NCBI GenBank assembly: GCA_036172245.1
Contig: JAYWIR010000005.1
Span: forward strand, 1,302,001-1,366,000
Reading direction: 5' to 3'
DNA from: Raillietiella orientalis
Lineage: Eukaryota
DNA: 64,000 nucleotides
Shown: positions 37,158 to 51,400 of the stretch, one piece after another
How positions within the stretch are numbered: position 1 is the stretch's first letter
How the letters are laid out: every line of letters begins with the position of its first letter
The notes under the pieces: generated by a model
Told to the model about the DNA's origin: nothing
Database searches by the model: none
What the model saw: only the letters and a program-made list of their open reading frames with translations
Program-made: the position numbers and the translations under genes

Positions 37158-39330
37158 ACACTACCATTCCCCCCGTGGTACTGGGGCCCTGCTGCTTACG
37201 TCCCTCCTGTCGTACCCCGTCCGCATCTCATTTTCTTGCATCCTCATTTTCTTTCCTGATCCCTATCGTCCCTCATCAGGGGGTTTCCCCTTTGACGCTC
37301 GACGCAGCTCCTGGGTGTGAACGAACGGACGGCGGGACGCGAATCACGAGCTGGCACCAGTCGGGTCGCCTTTGGAGAGTCACTACACGGAGGTGCTGCA
37401 GACCATCTGACTCGCCCCTGGGGTCATCAGCTTCCGGGGCTGCCGGTCATCTCCCGGGGGGCTCCCTGGCTGCGACCCCTGGCGCAGCGCCCTCGCATAT
37501 CGCCCCATTCGGGAGAGACGACCTGCAGCGCCCGCCTCCCCAACGGGAGCTCCCCGCGCATGCGCAGCACTCCTCACGCTCGTCGGGGCGGCGCGCCTCC
37601 TGGCCTGCCGCCGACTCTTCGGAGCTCCTCTGGGAGAGCCAGGACCCTCGCCCGCCATCCCACCTTTCGGGACGAGGCGGGTGGGAAGGTCTGCGGTCCG
37701 CCGACTGACGGTGGTGGCAGCGGGAGAGCGGGAGTCGGGGAAGACGGAACGTCTCCTAGCGCGGATGTGGGGGATGGCTCGCTGTGCTCCTTCTTCGGGA
37801 AGAGGGGAGCGTGGCTCCACATGGCGTTCCGATATTCCCGGTCGTCCCTGCCCAGAGATCATCTCTTGGAAGCGGTCGAGAATGGCTCCCGGAGCTCGGT
37901 CGGCCAAGCGGTCGGAGACCGAGGGACGGCATCGTCGTGGAAACGCGTTCCAGGTGTCGGCGGGGGATCGCGAGGTCCGTCCCTGACTGTTCCATCGGCA
38001 GGCGCGGGAGAGGAGGAGGAAAGGACGGCTGCCGTCGCGCCTGGACGAAGGCGCAGCGCGCTTCTTCGGCCCCGAGTCAGCCGCCCTCGCGCCAGCCTCG
38101 GCTGCTGTTGCTCTGCCGGGCCCGCGTCAAGGCGAGGCAGCAGCCGTGGCGGCAGCGGAGGAGGAGCAGGGAGAGGAGGAGGAGCTGGAAGAAGTGGAAC
38201 GCGAGGAGAGCGCTGCCGCGGGTGATTTACGACGACGTGACAATGGGATTCCGGGAACGGATGATTTTAATGGACCACCAGGAAGCGAAAATCCTCTGGA
38301 TCGGGCGGGTGGTGTGACTCGGGGGACAAACGCGTTCCACAGTCGGGAGAAACGAGGACAAGGAGAGAGGGGAGGACCGATGGCAGCGCCTCTGTCAGAT
38401 CCCGAAGGAAACACGCGAGCTCTCCAGGACCAGCAGAGAGGAAGGGAAAAAGAGGGCTGCAGCTGCCCCGCACCCCGTTTCTTCCCTCCTCGGATGACGT
38501 TCGGGATGATGGAACCTCGTGGGCCATGTCGCTGTGGGTCCCCCTTTGGGGAGGATGGGGGCCGAATGAGTCGTTCAGCTGGAGGAACGAGCCCCTCCCT
38601 CTAAGAGCAAGCATGAGGTGACGCCCTCTCCGCGTCATCCTTCTCTCCTTCCCTTCGATGGCGATGTCGTCGAGCAGTCCGAAGGAATGACCGGAGGAGA
38701 GCGGGGCGCGGGGCAGCACAGGGATCCTCCTTCTCCAGCTTCTTCATGAGGGCGATACAGTTACAGTCCGGAGATGCAGTCGTTTTTCCTACCGAGGCGG
38801 GGAGAGGAGGAAGCCGAAGGAGCCGGGCCTCTGGCGTCGGCGATGTCGGCAGGAAAGTGGTTGCGGATTCCCTCGTCAGATGGGAGGGCGCGCGAACAGC
38901 GCGCGCCGAAGTCCGATATTGGGTCATTCGATGCGCCCGCGAGTGGGAGGAGACGAGGAGGAAGGAGCGAGGAGGATGGGGGAGGAGGCGGGGGAGGAAG
39001 AAAATCTCCGCCGCCGCCGCATGCATCCGCCGCTATCATCCCGCGCGCCTCCGTGGGGCTCTGGCATTCCAGTCTCCAGCGAACCCGGCGCCGAGTCGCG
39101 TGTCCTCTGCGACGTCTGCCGAGCAGCGGCGGACCCGGAGAGCGGTAGCAGTCGACCCGCGGGACCCGTGTGTGCCCGTGCTGCGCGACAGAGGGAGGAC
39201 CAGGAGGAAGGGAGGAGGAGGAGGAGGAGGAGGAGGAGGAGGAGAGGCACCCGTGGCGAGCTGCAAAGGAGAGAGAGCGCGACCGAGGAAAAGGCAAGAA
39301 GAAGCCGCGCTGCGCTCGTGACCGGCAGAG

Positions 39331-39471
39331 ATGAAGGCGTGCGGCGGCGGCGGTCTGAGGTGGACGGCGGCAACCGCGCTCCTGGCCATCGCCCTGCTAC
39401 AGCTCCCGCTCCTGCTGCTGCTGCTGACGGCGGCGACGACGACGACGACGGTCGCATCGGCGAAGATTGAG
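39331..39471 (+). CDS. HSPG2: Perlecan exon 1: signal peptide
   Basis: [47 protein letters not shown] then GAG|GTAGGC, phase 0, matching the next exon; linkage across an 8-kb intron is inferred. Confidence 0.7.
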
Positions 39472-42400
39472 GTAGGCGCGCGCGGACTGCCGCACCCTCG
39501 CCGGCCCGGCGCGGGAGGGGAGGGGGAATCACCTTCGACGGTCGGGCCGGAGGGAGGGAGGGAGGGGGGTGCGACGGGATGGGGAGGGAGGGAACTTCCC
39601 CGTCCTTCAGCCGTCTCCTGGGTCTCCCTGCTCCCATCCGGGCACCATCCTAGGTATGGGCGGCGGCCACCCGAAGGCCTGACCGTGCTCGAGGGTGGGG
39701 GCGTGAGTGAAGGGGCGAGAGAGAGAGCCCTTGGGCACCGTGGCCGCGCAGGTACGGAGGAGCTGAGGAAGTGGGGTCTCAAGAGATGCTCCTACGCCTT
39801 CCCTGCCGCTGAGAGGGGGAGAAGGGAACGAAGAAAATCCCTCTCCAGGGGAAGGCTCCCCCACACGACCCTTTTTGCCCACGGGACGGGACCGGTTCTC
39901 CTCTCCCCACCCCCTCATCCCGCCGCTCCCGTTTCCTTGGATACCGGAAAACCGTACGGGCCTTCTTCCCTCGGGGGGAAGGGGGAGGGGGCGAGGCGAG
40001 AGCCGGTGCTCCCGCATCCTTCCTCCGCTCTTCTTCCCGGAGAGATGCAGACCTTGAAACGCGCCGTGGGAACGCGCCGTGGGCGGCGGGCACGGCAAGG
40101 ATCGGCCGGGTGCGTCATCGATCCCGCGAGAGGCTGCCGCCGCGGGGGTCGCTCCGCCCGGAAGGAGGGTAGTTGCCCCCGGACCTGTCACCCTTCCTCC
40201 TGGAGGTCAGGTCGGGGCCTTCTTCGGGGTGGGGGGTCACAGGATCGGCGGGATAGCTGGGGAGAGGCCCCTCCTCTCGGCAGCAAGGGCTGCCCACGTG
40301 ACAAGGCGGTGCCTCCTTCCCATCCCCTCCTTTCCTCGCCCTTCCCTCCCAAGCGCACCTAGGGACCACCAAACTTTTCCCTTCCGCATACTCCCTGCGG
40401 AAATGTCCCCATTTTTTGGCAACTCCGGGGAAGAGGGGCAGGGCAAGAGCTCTCTTTTTCCGGGGGGCCTCCCCTCGCTCCCCGTCGTGCGTGCCCTTAG
40501 GGACTTCCTCCGTCCCGCTTCCGAATCCGGCTCTCGCGAGGAGGTTGTCTGGCAACTAGATCCCACCCCGTGCCGTGGAGGAGTGCGCCCTCCCGTTGCT
40601 CCGGAGGTCCTCCGCCCCCTCGTCGGCAAGTCGCCGCGATGCTCCGCCGCCCAAACACTTCCCTCCTTTTCCCCTCCCTTCGCGGATGAGGGAGGACGCC
40701 GCAGTCCCATCTTCCGGAAGACACGCAAAGACCTCCCTGGAGGGCGCACGGGGGCAGGGGCTCGTTCCCGGGGTCGGAGAGGGCCGTCGGATGCCTCCCC
40801 TCCCTGCTCCCATCCAGGCACCATCATAGGTATGGGCGGCGGCCACCCGAAGACCTGACCGTGCTCGAGGGATGGGGGCGTGAGTGAAGGGGCGAGTGAG
40901 AGAGTCCTTGGGCACCGTGGCCGCGCAGGTACGGAGGAATCGAGGAAGTGGGGTCTCAGCGATGCTCCTACGCCTTCCCTGCCGCCAGACCGGGAGCTTC
41001 GCCCATGCTGCTTTTCGTTTTTTTCTAGAGGAGTGAGGTCGGGGTCGGGGTCAGGGCAGTGGCGGTCAAGAGTCTCCAGTTGATGTGGTTGCGGAGATGT
41101 GGGATCGCTCGCAACGCGCGCGCCAGCGGAAGAGGCGACGACAGGGGGCACATCAGCGTCACCCACCACCTGCCTCTCCCTTCCTCCCCAGTCGCAGCCT
41201 CCTCGGTCCAGGGCAGAGTCTCTCGGTTTACCAGGCACATCCTCCGTACCCTTTGCGACTGTTCTCGGCTTCGGACGGAGGATCTTGGGAGAGGCCCTGG
41301 TAGCCGTGAACCGGTAAGCCTACCGGGGGGAGCGAGAGTCTCGTGGGGATGGCGGAAGGAAGGAGAAGAGGCATTGCAGCTTCTCCCGACGGGGCCAAAA
41401 TTCTCCTTGCTTCCTTCTCTCCTTCACCTCCTCCCCCCCTTCCCCCATTTCCCCTCGCTCATCTTCCCGCGTTGCTTCCCGAGCCTCGCTTGCTACCGCC
41501 ATCCTCGGAGTAGCAACTCTCGACAGGGAGTCCTTTGGGTGGCCTGCCGATCCGGCCTCTCCCATCGCCGAGTGCGGGTTTCATCCGGAGACTGACGGCC
41601 TCTCGCGCCCTTGGCGCACCGTGGCCGCGGAGGAACCGAAGAAGTGGTGTCGCAGTGACGCTCCTCCGCTTCCCCTGCCTCCAGACACGGACGGTGACCC
41701 CCTGCGCCCGCCGCCCGTGGAGCCTTCGCGGTTTCCCTGGGGACGTGAGGTGAGAGAAGGGAGGAAGCGGGTGTGCGCCAACGGCAAGGCCTGCGTGGGC
41801 CTAGCTCGCGAAATTCTCGCCCAGCCTTCCCCTTCCCGCTTCCTCCTCGTCCGATCCTCCTCCTCCGCTTCCCACTGACTCCTCACGCGCCGCGGACCCG
41901 CAAGCTGTCCGCTCCCACCACCGATGCCGCCGGTGGACTGAGAAGGCGCTGTGATCGCTGACCTTCGCGGACGAACACGCAAAGGGGCGCGGCAAGCGGC
42001 TTTCTCTCCAGCACATCCAGAAAAGGAGAGGGCATCGGGTGAAGATGCAGAGCTCCAGAGGCACCCGAAACGATCCGAGTGCAACCTGAGGCGTTGGTCT
42101 TTGTACCGCGGCACTGATCTCCTCTCTTCTCCGTGGCACTGATCCGTTCCTCTCTCTATGGAGCTGATCTCCTCTCCATAGCGCTGATCTCTCCTCTCCG
42201 CAGTGCCGATCGGTTCCTCTCTCTGAGACGCTGATCTCCTCCCGCACGCTGTGACGGTGAGGCACATTCTGCTGTTGTACACCATTCGTACGGTCAGGAA
42301 CCTCCGGGAGGCTCCTATTGTGCCGCGCCTTGTTGCAGAAAGATGGATCACCAGGCACATCCCGTCTCGGTGGCTTCCGTTTCGCGGAGTTCCTCCTCCC

Positions 42401-45400
42401 CCCGCTGCCTTATGGTCCTCTGACGTTGGACGTCTCCCCTCAGCGGCTGTGGTCCTCACCAAGCAGCGTGGCCTCTTGGCCGTTGGCCTGGGGGCGGGAA
42501 GAACGGTAACGCCGGGAGAGTCGGGACCGCGACCCGTTCCTTCGCAGGTGGAGTTCACGATCATCGTGACGCATCCCTCCGTCGCGCGGCAACCTGCTCG
42601 GACGTCTTCCTCCAGGAGGGGAGAGAAAGGGACTCTTCACAGGCACTCCAAGTATTTCTTGTGCGATAAGCGCTTTTATCAATGATCGAGTGGCGAAGAG
42701 AGGGCGGGAGAAGGCGTTCCGTCATCGAGCAGCGTGCCCCATTCAGCGTTTCCTCGGCAACCTCAGATAAGGGCGGGAAAGAGGAAAGAGGTGGCGCTTC
42801 GAAGGATGACGGGAGCCATTCGAGCTCTTCGCCCATTCTCTCCATACCCGGATTCCCTTCGCTCCCGAGTCCTCGGGTCAGGTCTTCACTCTCCTCCCGC
42901 TGTCGCGAGAGGATGTAGCCAGCGGAGAACTCCTGCCGTTTTCCCTTCCTCCTCTCCGCCTCTCGCTGTATCCTCAGGGCGGAATGGGGCGGGATGGCGG
43001 CGGATCTCGACTTGGGCTTCTCCCTCCTCCCGTCTTCCTCCCCACGCAATCCGCTTCGCGAGGTTCTCTCGCTTCCCTCAAGTGGCGCTGCTGCTCCTCG
43101 ACTTCCCACCAGCGAGCATAACACTCCTCCTTTGCCTCCTGGTCCTCACCGGTTCGTGGCTCCAGGAGGTGCTCCGACTGAGTCCCGGATTTTCCTACGC
43201 CGACAAAGCGGGAACCGGAGGTGGACGGTCGTGGAATAGAATGGGGCGGTTCCACGGGAGATCTGGAAAGCGCGTGGGGCCCATGATGGAGAGGGGAGAG
43301 GGGGGAGAGGACAAGGGTGCTTCTCTCGCATATTCGTCCTCCTTTTGATGCTGCGCCTTCCTGCAGGGGGAGGGAGGGGAAAGGCACGCGTCCTGCCACA
43401 CGGGGATGCCGCGGCGGTGTTGTCGCCCTCCGGCGCCGCTGGTGTTTGCTCTGCGGCCGCGCTCCGACCGTGAGAACCGCCATCTCCTCTGCTGGCGGGA
43501 TGATGGTGATGTGGAGGAGGAGGAGGCTGCGAAGGACAGCAATGCACGTCTCCTTCTGCGGGAGCCACCGTTCCCTGCAGCCATACCCTCAGCGACGACA
43601 GCAGACCCCCGCCCGCGCGCCACCTGAAGCGCGTCGTCTGCCATCTCCCCCCTCCCCCCGGAGCTGAGCGTGAGGACAGCTGACCTCTTTCTTACCCTCC
43701 TCCCATGTAAGTCTTCCTCCCGCGGTCCAGGATTTCCAGCTTCCAAATTCCTTTCGAAACGGCGAAGGGTTCGGACGCTGCCCCCTACCCGCTCGACCGC
43801 TGCTTTTCTGCCCTTCGGGTTTGCGGAGCGGCGGCCAGGTGTTGACCTCTCTCTCCCTCCTCAGGCGAGAGGCGGCAGCTTCCGGGGCCGCGGCCGCTGG
43901 ACCACTCTGTGCTGCTCGGGAGGGGCTGGAACGCACCGGACGGCTCCCGTTCCCCGAGGCAAAAAACACGGCCGCCCGCTTCTCTATCCGACGGTGCTGA
44001 CCACCTGACCTCCCTCCCGCTACCACTCGCGATCCCGCATCTGCGGCTTCCGGACGCACCCCTGCGAAGGTCGGCGGACCATCTCGGCTCCCCTCTGCCT
44101 TCCGGCAACCTCTTGCGGAGAGTGGTTATGGCGAGGAAGGACCGCGCAGTCTCCGATCTTCTCGTCTCGAGACCTCTCCCGCCGGCCGGGTCTTCTCCCT
44201 TCTCCCTGCCGGATGGGAGTGGGCCGGCGGCGCAGAGAAGTGTGGGCCGAGGGGAGCCACGGCGTTCACCTCCACCACTGCAGAGTCCAGAGTCCTCTTC
44301 GCGGCTTGAGCAGCTATCACCGACGCCGCCCGGTGGCTCCTCTGGAACCTCCTGCCTTCAGCGGACGTCAACGGTCTCCTGAGTACCTCACGCTCTAGCT
44401 GTTCCACAGGCACTCTTTTTGGGGTCGTGACCCCAAGAAAGGCATGGCAAAAAGGAGTGGAGGACAGCGTTGCCCCTCTGCACCCCTTTCTCGTCCCTCC
44501 CTCAACCCTTGCCCCAGCCCTCGCCCTTCCTAAGGCCTCCCACGAATCCCCGCAGACGACTCTGTCGCGGGTTCACTCGCCCAATCGGGAGGGGGAGGCA
44601 GCGGGCCTGCAGAGACCGCGATTGGGTGATCGGGAGCTGCGACTACAGGACGAACGGTGGGGACGCCGACCAGTTGGCGATCCTGCTGACCGACGCAACC
44701 TGACCACCCTAGAGATGTCTCCTCCCCCGGAAGTTCGTCCTGGGAAAACTCGCGCGCCACTCTGCCGCCGTCCTCTCCCCACGGGGAGGACCCTCGGGGT
44801 GGGCCCCTTCGCTCACTGCCATGGCGAATGCGAACGCACGCGCGTGCTTCGTGGCACCGCGCGGCACGCCTAGCCCAACCTCCCATCCCATCGCCGCAGG
44901 ATCCCGAGAGCGCGCTCCCTGATCCAATCCGAGAGTGAGGGAGTCCATCCTTGGGGTGGGAGGGAGGTAGTGACGGATAAGCGGGCAGCACACGGAAAAG
45001 CAGACGATGTTAGTGAATGGCAGGAGACGGCGAGGGCATCAGCAAGGGCAGTAGGAAGGGCAGCAGAGGAGGAGGAGGAGAGGAGGGCAACTGAGGGGAC
45101 AGCAGAGTAGGAGGATGGGAAAAGAAGGGCGGCAGGGAACGCGGACCTTTTGTGAAACGTTGTGAAGGTTCCTCATGCGATCTCCCGTCGATGGCTCTAA
45201 ACGCTCCTGGGACGCTATGTGATGCACCAAACCTACTTCTCCTGGATTTCCGGTGTGTTCCTGTCCTCTTCCCGTGACTTTGCTCTCCTTGGTCGGCGGA
45301 AAATGCGCCGCTGCCAGGCAACGCCACCGGCGCCTTGGAGGCGACAGCCGTCGGCGCCGTCTCTTCCCTCGTCCCCGTCGCCCGCCGCAGCCTCCACGTC

Positions 45401-48400
45401 TGCTGCTCCTCCCCTCCCCCTTATCCCCCAGTCTTGGCGCGCCATCTCGGCGGCCACGGCGAGGAAGGGGCGTGGTGGTGAGGGGAGGGGAGGGGGAGGA
45501 AGCTCCTCGCTCCCTTTCAAGGCGGCAGCGCTTCTCCCCCTTCCCGGAGGGGAGGAGGGCGGCGTTCGCTTTCGCCCTCGCCATTATATCCCCGTTGGTG
45601 CTTCGGAAACGCGGAGAGTACCGAATGTGGTCCAGGGAGGGATGCTGCTGTTTCTCCCAATTCCACACGCCTCGGGATCGATTTCGGGACGGCTCGATAC
45701 TCCGCGGCGGCAGCCAACGGGATCCGTCGGGATCCCTGGACTCCTTTGGCCCGAATTCCCCCCATCCGCCATTACCGACCGCTCCGGCTTCGATTTTTGG
45801 GCGCCTCGGTACAGGCGCGAGGGACCGGGCGACCCTCAGGACTCGGCCGCACGCCGTGAGGGACACGAGCGAAAGTGTTTCTCCGGGAGCGAACGGGAAG
45901 CCCGAGGGAGGAGGCGGCGGCGGTTTCCCCGGACGGTTCGGAAACCGCGTGTGCGCGTCCTCCCCTGACGGCGGTCAGCCGGTGGGTCGGGAGAGGCCGT
46001 CGTGGAGAGCTGCTTGGCTTTTTCGGGAAGGGGGTGCTGCCCGGACTGCGTCGGGGGGGGGGAGCGTAGGAGGGGAGGCGCTTTCTCCCAGTCCGGGAGG
46101 GAGACAGGAGAGGGGAGAGGGTCCGGGGAGGGAGAAGAGGAGCAAGGACGAGGAGGGACCGGAGGAATAGAACGCTGGAGGCGTTCCCGACGTGAGGCGC
46201 TGGGCCTTGATCTTCCCGACAGATGGAGAGAGGTGACCAGAGCGGCCCTCAGACTGCCGTCGTCGCGCGGAGCATCATGGAAGCCGCCCCTTCCTCCGTC
46301 CTGGACCCTCCCGCGCGACGGTCCGCGTCCGCAAGGGTGTTGCGTCTTCGCATCTTCGCGTGCCTGCCGGAAGCGGCTACGTCCGCGAGGTTCCGGGTGG
46401 AGCCCGACGGAGGAGGGTGGGGGATGGGTGGCCGTCCGCCATGACCATCTCCGGAGAGCAACCCGCCGCCGCCGTCGCCGTCCCTTTCGAGCGGGGCCGC
46501 GAGAGATTGCTCGCCAGCTGCAGCGCCTCTCTGTCGGTCGCCGGACTTCCCCGTCGAAGCGGCCGCCAGAGAGCCGCCGCCACTTTCCGGCAAAACCCCG
46601 AGGACCTCTGCTGCTGCCGCGCATGCGCACGCGTCGCGTCTGCGCCTCGCTGGAGGCTGTTCCTCGCGCACCCTGTTGACGGTGGCAACCGCCCCGCCCC
46701 CTCCTCCACCTCGGCCGGCGTCCCTAGGAACCTCCTGACGCGGACGCTCTTCTCTGCCAAAGCAGAGAGGATGACGGCTGGAGGAAGGAGGAAGGGGGTG
46801 CGTCTCCAAGGTTACCGGCTCTCGGATGGGCGCTCAGGTGACCTCCGACCGGAGCTGCTGGGGATAGCCCCGGATGGTGTGCCCTCGAGTCCTTCCCCGC
46901 TTTTCCTCCTCCACACGGTAGGTAGGGGGGGAGGGCGCACGCCGACGCGCTGAGCCAGGCCCTTCTGCCCCCCCCCCCCCCCCCTGCGCCTTTGGCCGGG
47001 AACTCCTGGGGCGAGGAAGGTTGCCATTCTCCGCCAGCCGCTCCTGCTTGTGTCGGGGCGAGCGAGGGCGGCGCTGCGACTCGAAACAACGGCCACCAGT
47101 CTTTTCCTCCCTTACGTCCTGGGGGAGCATCCCGGTTGGAGGGGATGGTGGTAATGGTGAATGCCTGCGAGGGGTGATGGGCACGCGGGGTCTCCCCTTC
47201 TCCTCCCTCCTCCCCTTCCTTCCTTCTGCGGCAGGCACCCTTGCCGTGCTCCCAGTCGGGATGGAAGGGGATGGCTGACGGTCGCGACAGAGTGTGGAAG
47301 GAGGCGCGCCGTTTCCCCGGCAATGTTTCCGGCAGATCTCCTTCCCTTCCTTCTCTCCCCCTCGCGAAGGTCGATTGCGGACCAGTGAATGGCGCAAACG
47401 AGGGGCCTGAGAGGGGAGACAGGAAAAGAAGGCAGAATGCAGCGCCCTGCCCTGATCGAATTCTCACACCCTCAGGGCAATGCTGACCTCACGTTCGACG
47501 ACTGGTGGTCCGAGGAGGAGGAGGACGGTATTCCCAAGATCCTGAACCTCGCGGACGCTTCCAGGGATGCTCATCATCATCAGCAGCAGCGGCGGCGGCA
47601 CCGGCCACCCCCCGCTCGGACGCGGGCGGCTGCCCGCAGTCCCAACGCGACCTCGGGCAGGTCCGTCAGCAAGCGGCATCACCACGCTCCGTGGCCGCCG
47701 TCGTCAGGCGCCGCTCCCCGCGAGTTCCTGGCGACTCCCAGCGCCCTCCGCGCGTTCCCAGAACTCTCCGGACGCACGGTGCCCGCGGCAGCCCCCAAGG
47801 CCAAGCGCCTGGCGTTCCTCAGCGACGACGAAGACCTCGAGGGCTCCGGAGACGGCGAAGACGGGAGCGGAGAGGACAACGGCGAGAAAGGTACCGCCCC
47901 TTCGGGAACGCCGCAGGGTACGGGCAGGGCCATCGGGAGGGTAGCAGCCGGGGAAAGAGAGGCCACCGCTGCGCATTCTTCCCCTCCTTCTCCACCGTTC
48001 CAGAGTCCTCGAACCTGCTGCACATCGCCTTCGAGCTCGTCTTCCAGGAACCGTACAAGGAGAGCTTCCAGGACAGGAGCTCGGCCGAGGCCAACAACCT
48101 GAACGAAGACGTCCGCTTCGCCATCCTCTCGAAGGCGTCGCCCCTTGCCCAGAACCACGACATCCTCAGGGCGACCGTTGCCAAGATACAGTAAGCGCCG
48201 TTTCTCGTCTTCCTCTTTTCCTCTCCGTCTCTTTGCCTCCGAGCTCGCGGACGGGACTGGGGTGAGGAGGGAGCGGACGGAGGCCCGCCTTCCACAGGGA
48301 CTCCTCGGGGTCCGCGGGCCTCATGGGCTCGAAGCGGACGATGGTCGTCCTCGGGAGCCGGTATCACGGCTGTTGCTCTGCGGCGCACGCGCCCGACGCG

Positions 48401-51400
48401 CACCCGGTGGCTCCCGACAACCCACGAACGCGGCAGCTCCGATACGTCGGAGCACCGTGCTCCGGCACGCCGAAGCACGGCGGGGCGTTTCCCATGGGGA
48501 AGGTCACGGTCAGTGCTTGTAGGCAGGGACGGAGCGCGTGAAGACAAGGGGCGGGGATGGAAACGGAAAAGGACTGGAGAGTTCCCGAAGGAGAATCCTG
48601 CAAAGTGTCTCTGCGGTCTTTCGTCTGATCGCTATGCGGTCCGCTGAGTTCAAGTCATCTGGTGCCACCCGTGCGCTCGTAGGGTCGAAGGGGAAGGCAA
48701 CCTTGGGAGGCAGAGACCGGGCGGGACGGGACTTCTGCGGTCCAGAGGAGGCTGGATTCGTGTGCTGACCATGCATCTCTCCAAGAGGACTTCCAGCTCT
48801 TAATGTTCCTCCTCTCCTTGTTCTTCATAGTGTTCTTCATCTCCTTGTTCCTCATCATGATTTTCCTCTTTTTCTTCATGGCGTCTCCTCTCCTCTTTTA
48901 TATTGTTGCTCTTCTTCTTCTTCTTGGTGTTGCTGTCCTTCTTCAGAGTATTGCTTCCGTCTTCTCTCTCTCCTCCTCTCTCGCTATTCCAGGAGGCGCG
49001 CGGCTGCGGCGCTCCTGCTCTGCGTCTTCGTTTCCTCATCCCTTCCATTTCCAGCCGGACCTCGGATCCGGACACCTTCACGGCGTTCATCGAGCTGGCC
49101 GTCTCGGAGGATACGGACGAGTCGCAGATCATCGAGGACATCGGCAGCGAGTTCTTCCCGTCGTCTACCCTGGGAAGACACACAGTGCTCCTGGGCGACG
49201 TACCCATCAGAGTGCTCCACCGCGGTGAGAAGGAGCGCCCCGCCCCTTCGCCTCCGCTCACGGCGAGATTCCTCGCACCCTCTCTGCAGGCTCCCCTCCG
49301 TGCACTTACAACCTCCGGCTGAAGACGAGGCTCAAACCCATTCACATCCTGAAGGAGCTCGACAAGGTAGTCCGCCAGTCCTCCCAACAGCCTGCGGCCG
49401 ACACCGTCAGCTGGCACCAGCGCATCAGCAGGTAAGCAAGGCGATCCACCTGCAGGGGACGGGGACGATCCTCGCTCCCACCCCATCCGCCCCGTGTGAA
49501 ACGCCGCCGCGCTGGCGCAGTTCCGGTGCGCCCTTCAATCCCCCCCCCTTACCTCCCATCTCCTCCTCGTCGTCTCCTTGCTCCGTGCTTTGCAGCTCCC
49601 CGGAAGGAAATGATGTCTACCTGACTCTGTCGTCCCATCTGTGCGACCGGGTCATCCGCAAGGCCCTGAGGATCCAGTCGTACCTGAGCAGCGAGTCAAC
49701 TCCTAGCAGCGCCTTCTCCTGGGACTACGACTACGGGCTGCGGTTGCAGGACGAGGCATCCATTCCGTCCTCGCCCTCTCCTTCGGCGGAGGGAGGAAGA
49801 GGAAAGGGTGAGCGGGTCGGCCGCCGTCTGCCCTCCCGGAACGCGGCCCTCCCCTCCCCTCCCCTCTCCCTTTTCTAGGATGTCCGCCGGGAGAATTCCT
49901 CTGCGTCCAGGACGACCGCTGCATCCCAGAGTCGCTGCTCTGCAATGGGCAGAGAGACTGCACGGACGCAGCGGACGAGAGTGACTGCCGTAAGTCCCGG
50001 GCGCTTCGCGGCGCTCGCTTGCCCCCCGCCCCCCATCACCCCTAGAGGCTTGGCATGGCTTCCGCTTCTCCCTACTACTTCTGTCGCTGCCGCTGCCCTT
50101 TCGCTTCCTCCTACTCCCCATCTACTCCTACTCCTCCTCGGGCCGACCGCGCCCAAGCTTGCTTCTTCCCACAGTAGTGCATGGCGAAGCCACCACGGAG
50201 GCTTCTTTCCCCTCTCTCCCTCCTGTCGCCCCGGAGCGCCACGCTCAGGAAGCAGCCTGCCGGGGAGACGACCAGATCCCCTGTGGCGACGGAGGAGGCA
50301 CCAAGATCTGCAGCGTGCAGAAGTGCGACGGGAAGAAGGACTGCCCCGGTGGAGAGGACGAGCAGGACTGCCCTACACGTACGTATCGCGGACGTCGGTC
50401 TCCTCCCGCGTCCGCCCCCACCCTTTCGCCTTCCCGCTTCGTAGTGTCCTAGTAGATGGCCCCAGTAGATGTTGTTGTCCCCGCCCTCCCAGCTCATTGC
50501 TGAGCGACTTCAGCGCACGGAAAATCGATCGAACCCACCTATTCTGCAGTTGCTGCTGCAGCTGCTGCGCTGCTGTTGCGGTCGTTTCGTTGCTGCTGCA
50601 GTCTCTACCGAGCTGCTGTTGCGGTCATTTCATTGCTGTCCCTGCAGCTGTTGCAGTTAAAGTTGTTGCTGCTGCTGTTCATCCCTCGAATAGAATTTCC
50701 GAGCGCTTTCCTTTCGGCGTCATGGAAACCTCTGAGGCGAATCGCAGGCTGAGAGGTACACAGGAGAACTCGGCGTTCCCTCAGCTTGTGGAGGGGATGG
50801 GAGCCTATGTGTCGCGCAAGCTGGCGGGCAGGCAAAGAGGGATCGGGAAGGGAAGAACGCACGTGAGGACGCCGTCCACTTGCTGCAGACGGTGGTCATG
50901 GCAGGTAAGGAGGAACCACCACCACAACGTGGCTGCAGAGGGCGAAAACCTTGGAGACGGGGTCGGTAGCGGCTATCCCATCCACTCCTTGTTTCGTGAC
51001 GCCAACTTCCTTCCGCGAGCCTTCCGCGCTCTTCCTGGATACAGTGGGGGGGGAGTGGAAGGGGAGACGTGCTAGCTTGGTAATCCCTAGCCTTCCGTCG
51101 TCCTGGCAACCCTTTTTCCACGGGCCCTCCCTAGGCCTCTCAGAGAGGAAGCAGGAGGATCCTGGAGTCGCACGCGTGACCTCTCTTCCCCTACCGAAGG
51201 GGAAGAAGACACGCGGCACGGCGGACAGCGTCGCTCCACCTCCCCGGAGCTGTCGAGACCTCGCTTGGGGCACGTGGCTGGCTGCCGCAGTGCCCGCGTG
51301 GGCAGCCATGATACGCGAACTGCTGGGCCGGCCGCTTCTTCGAGGCGTTGCTCTCTCTTTGCCCGCCTCGCGGTCGCGAAGACTGGCGGGCGGGCGGCTG

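Noticed and set aside
38924..38955. Inr (TCATTC) plus DPE-like AGACG promoter for perlecan
   Set aside because: The DPE-like motif is at +26 rather than the strict +28, and such short motifs occur by chance.
21000..39300. Numerous overlapping 100-300-aa ORFs on both strands
   Set aside because: Arg/Pro/Gly/Ser-rich translations expected from stop-poor GC-rich DNA; no domains and no consistent exon chain.
42111..42250. CRISPR-like array
   Set aside because: Degenerate tandem units without unique spacers, eukaryotic intron context, no cas genes.
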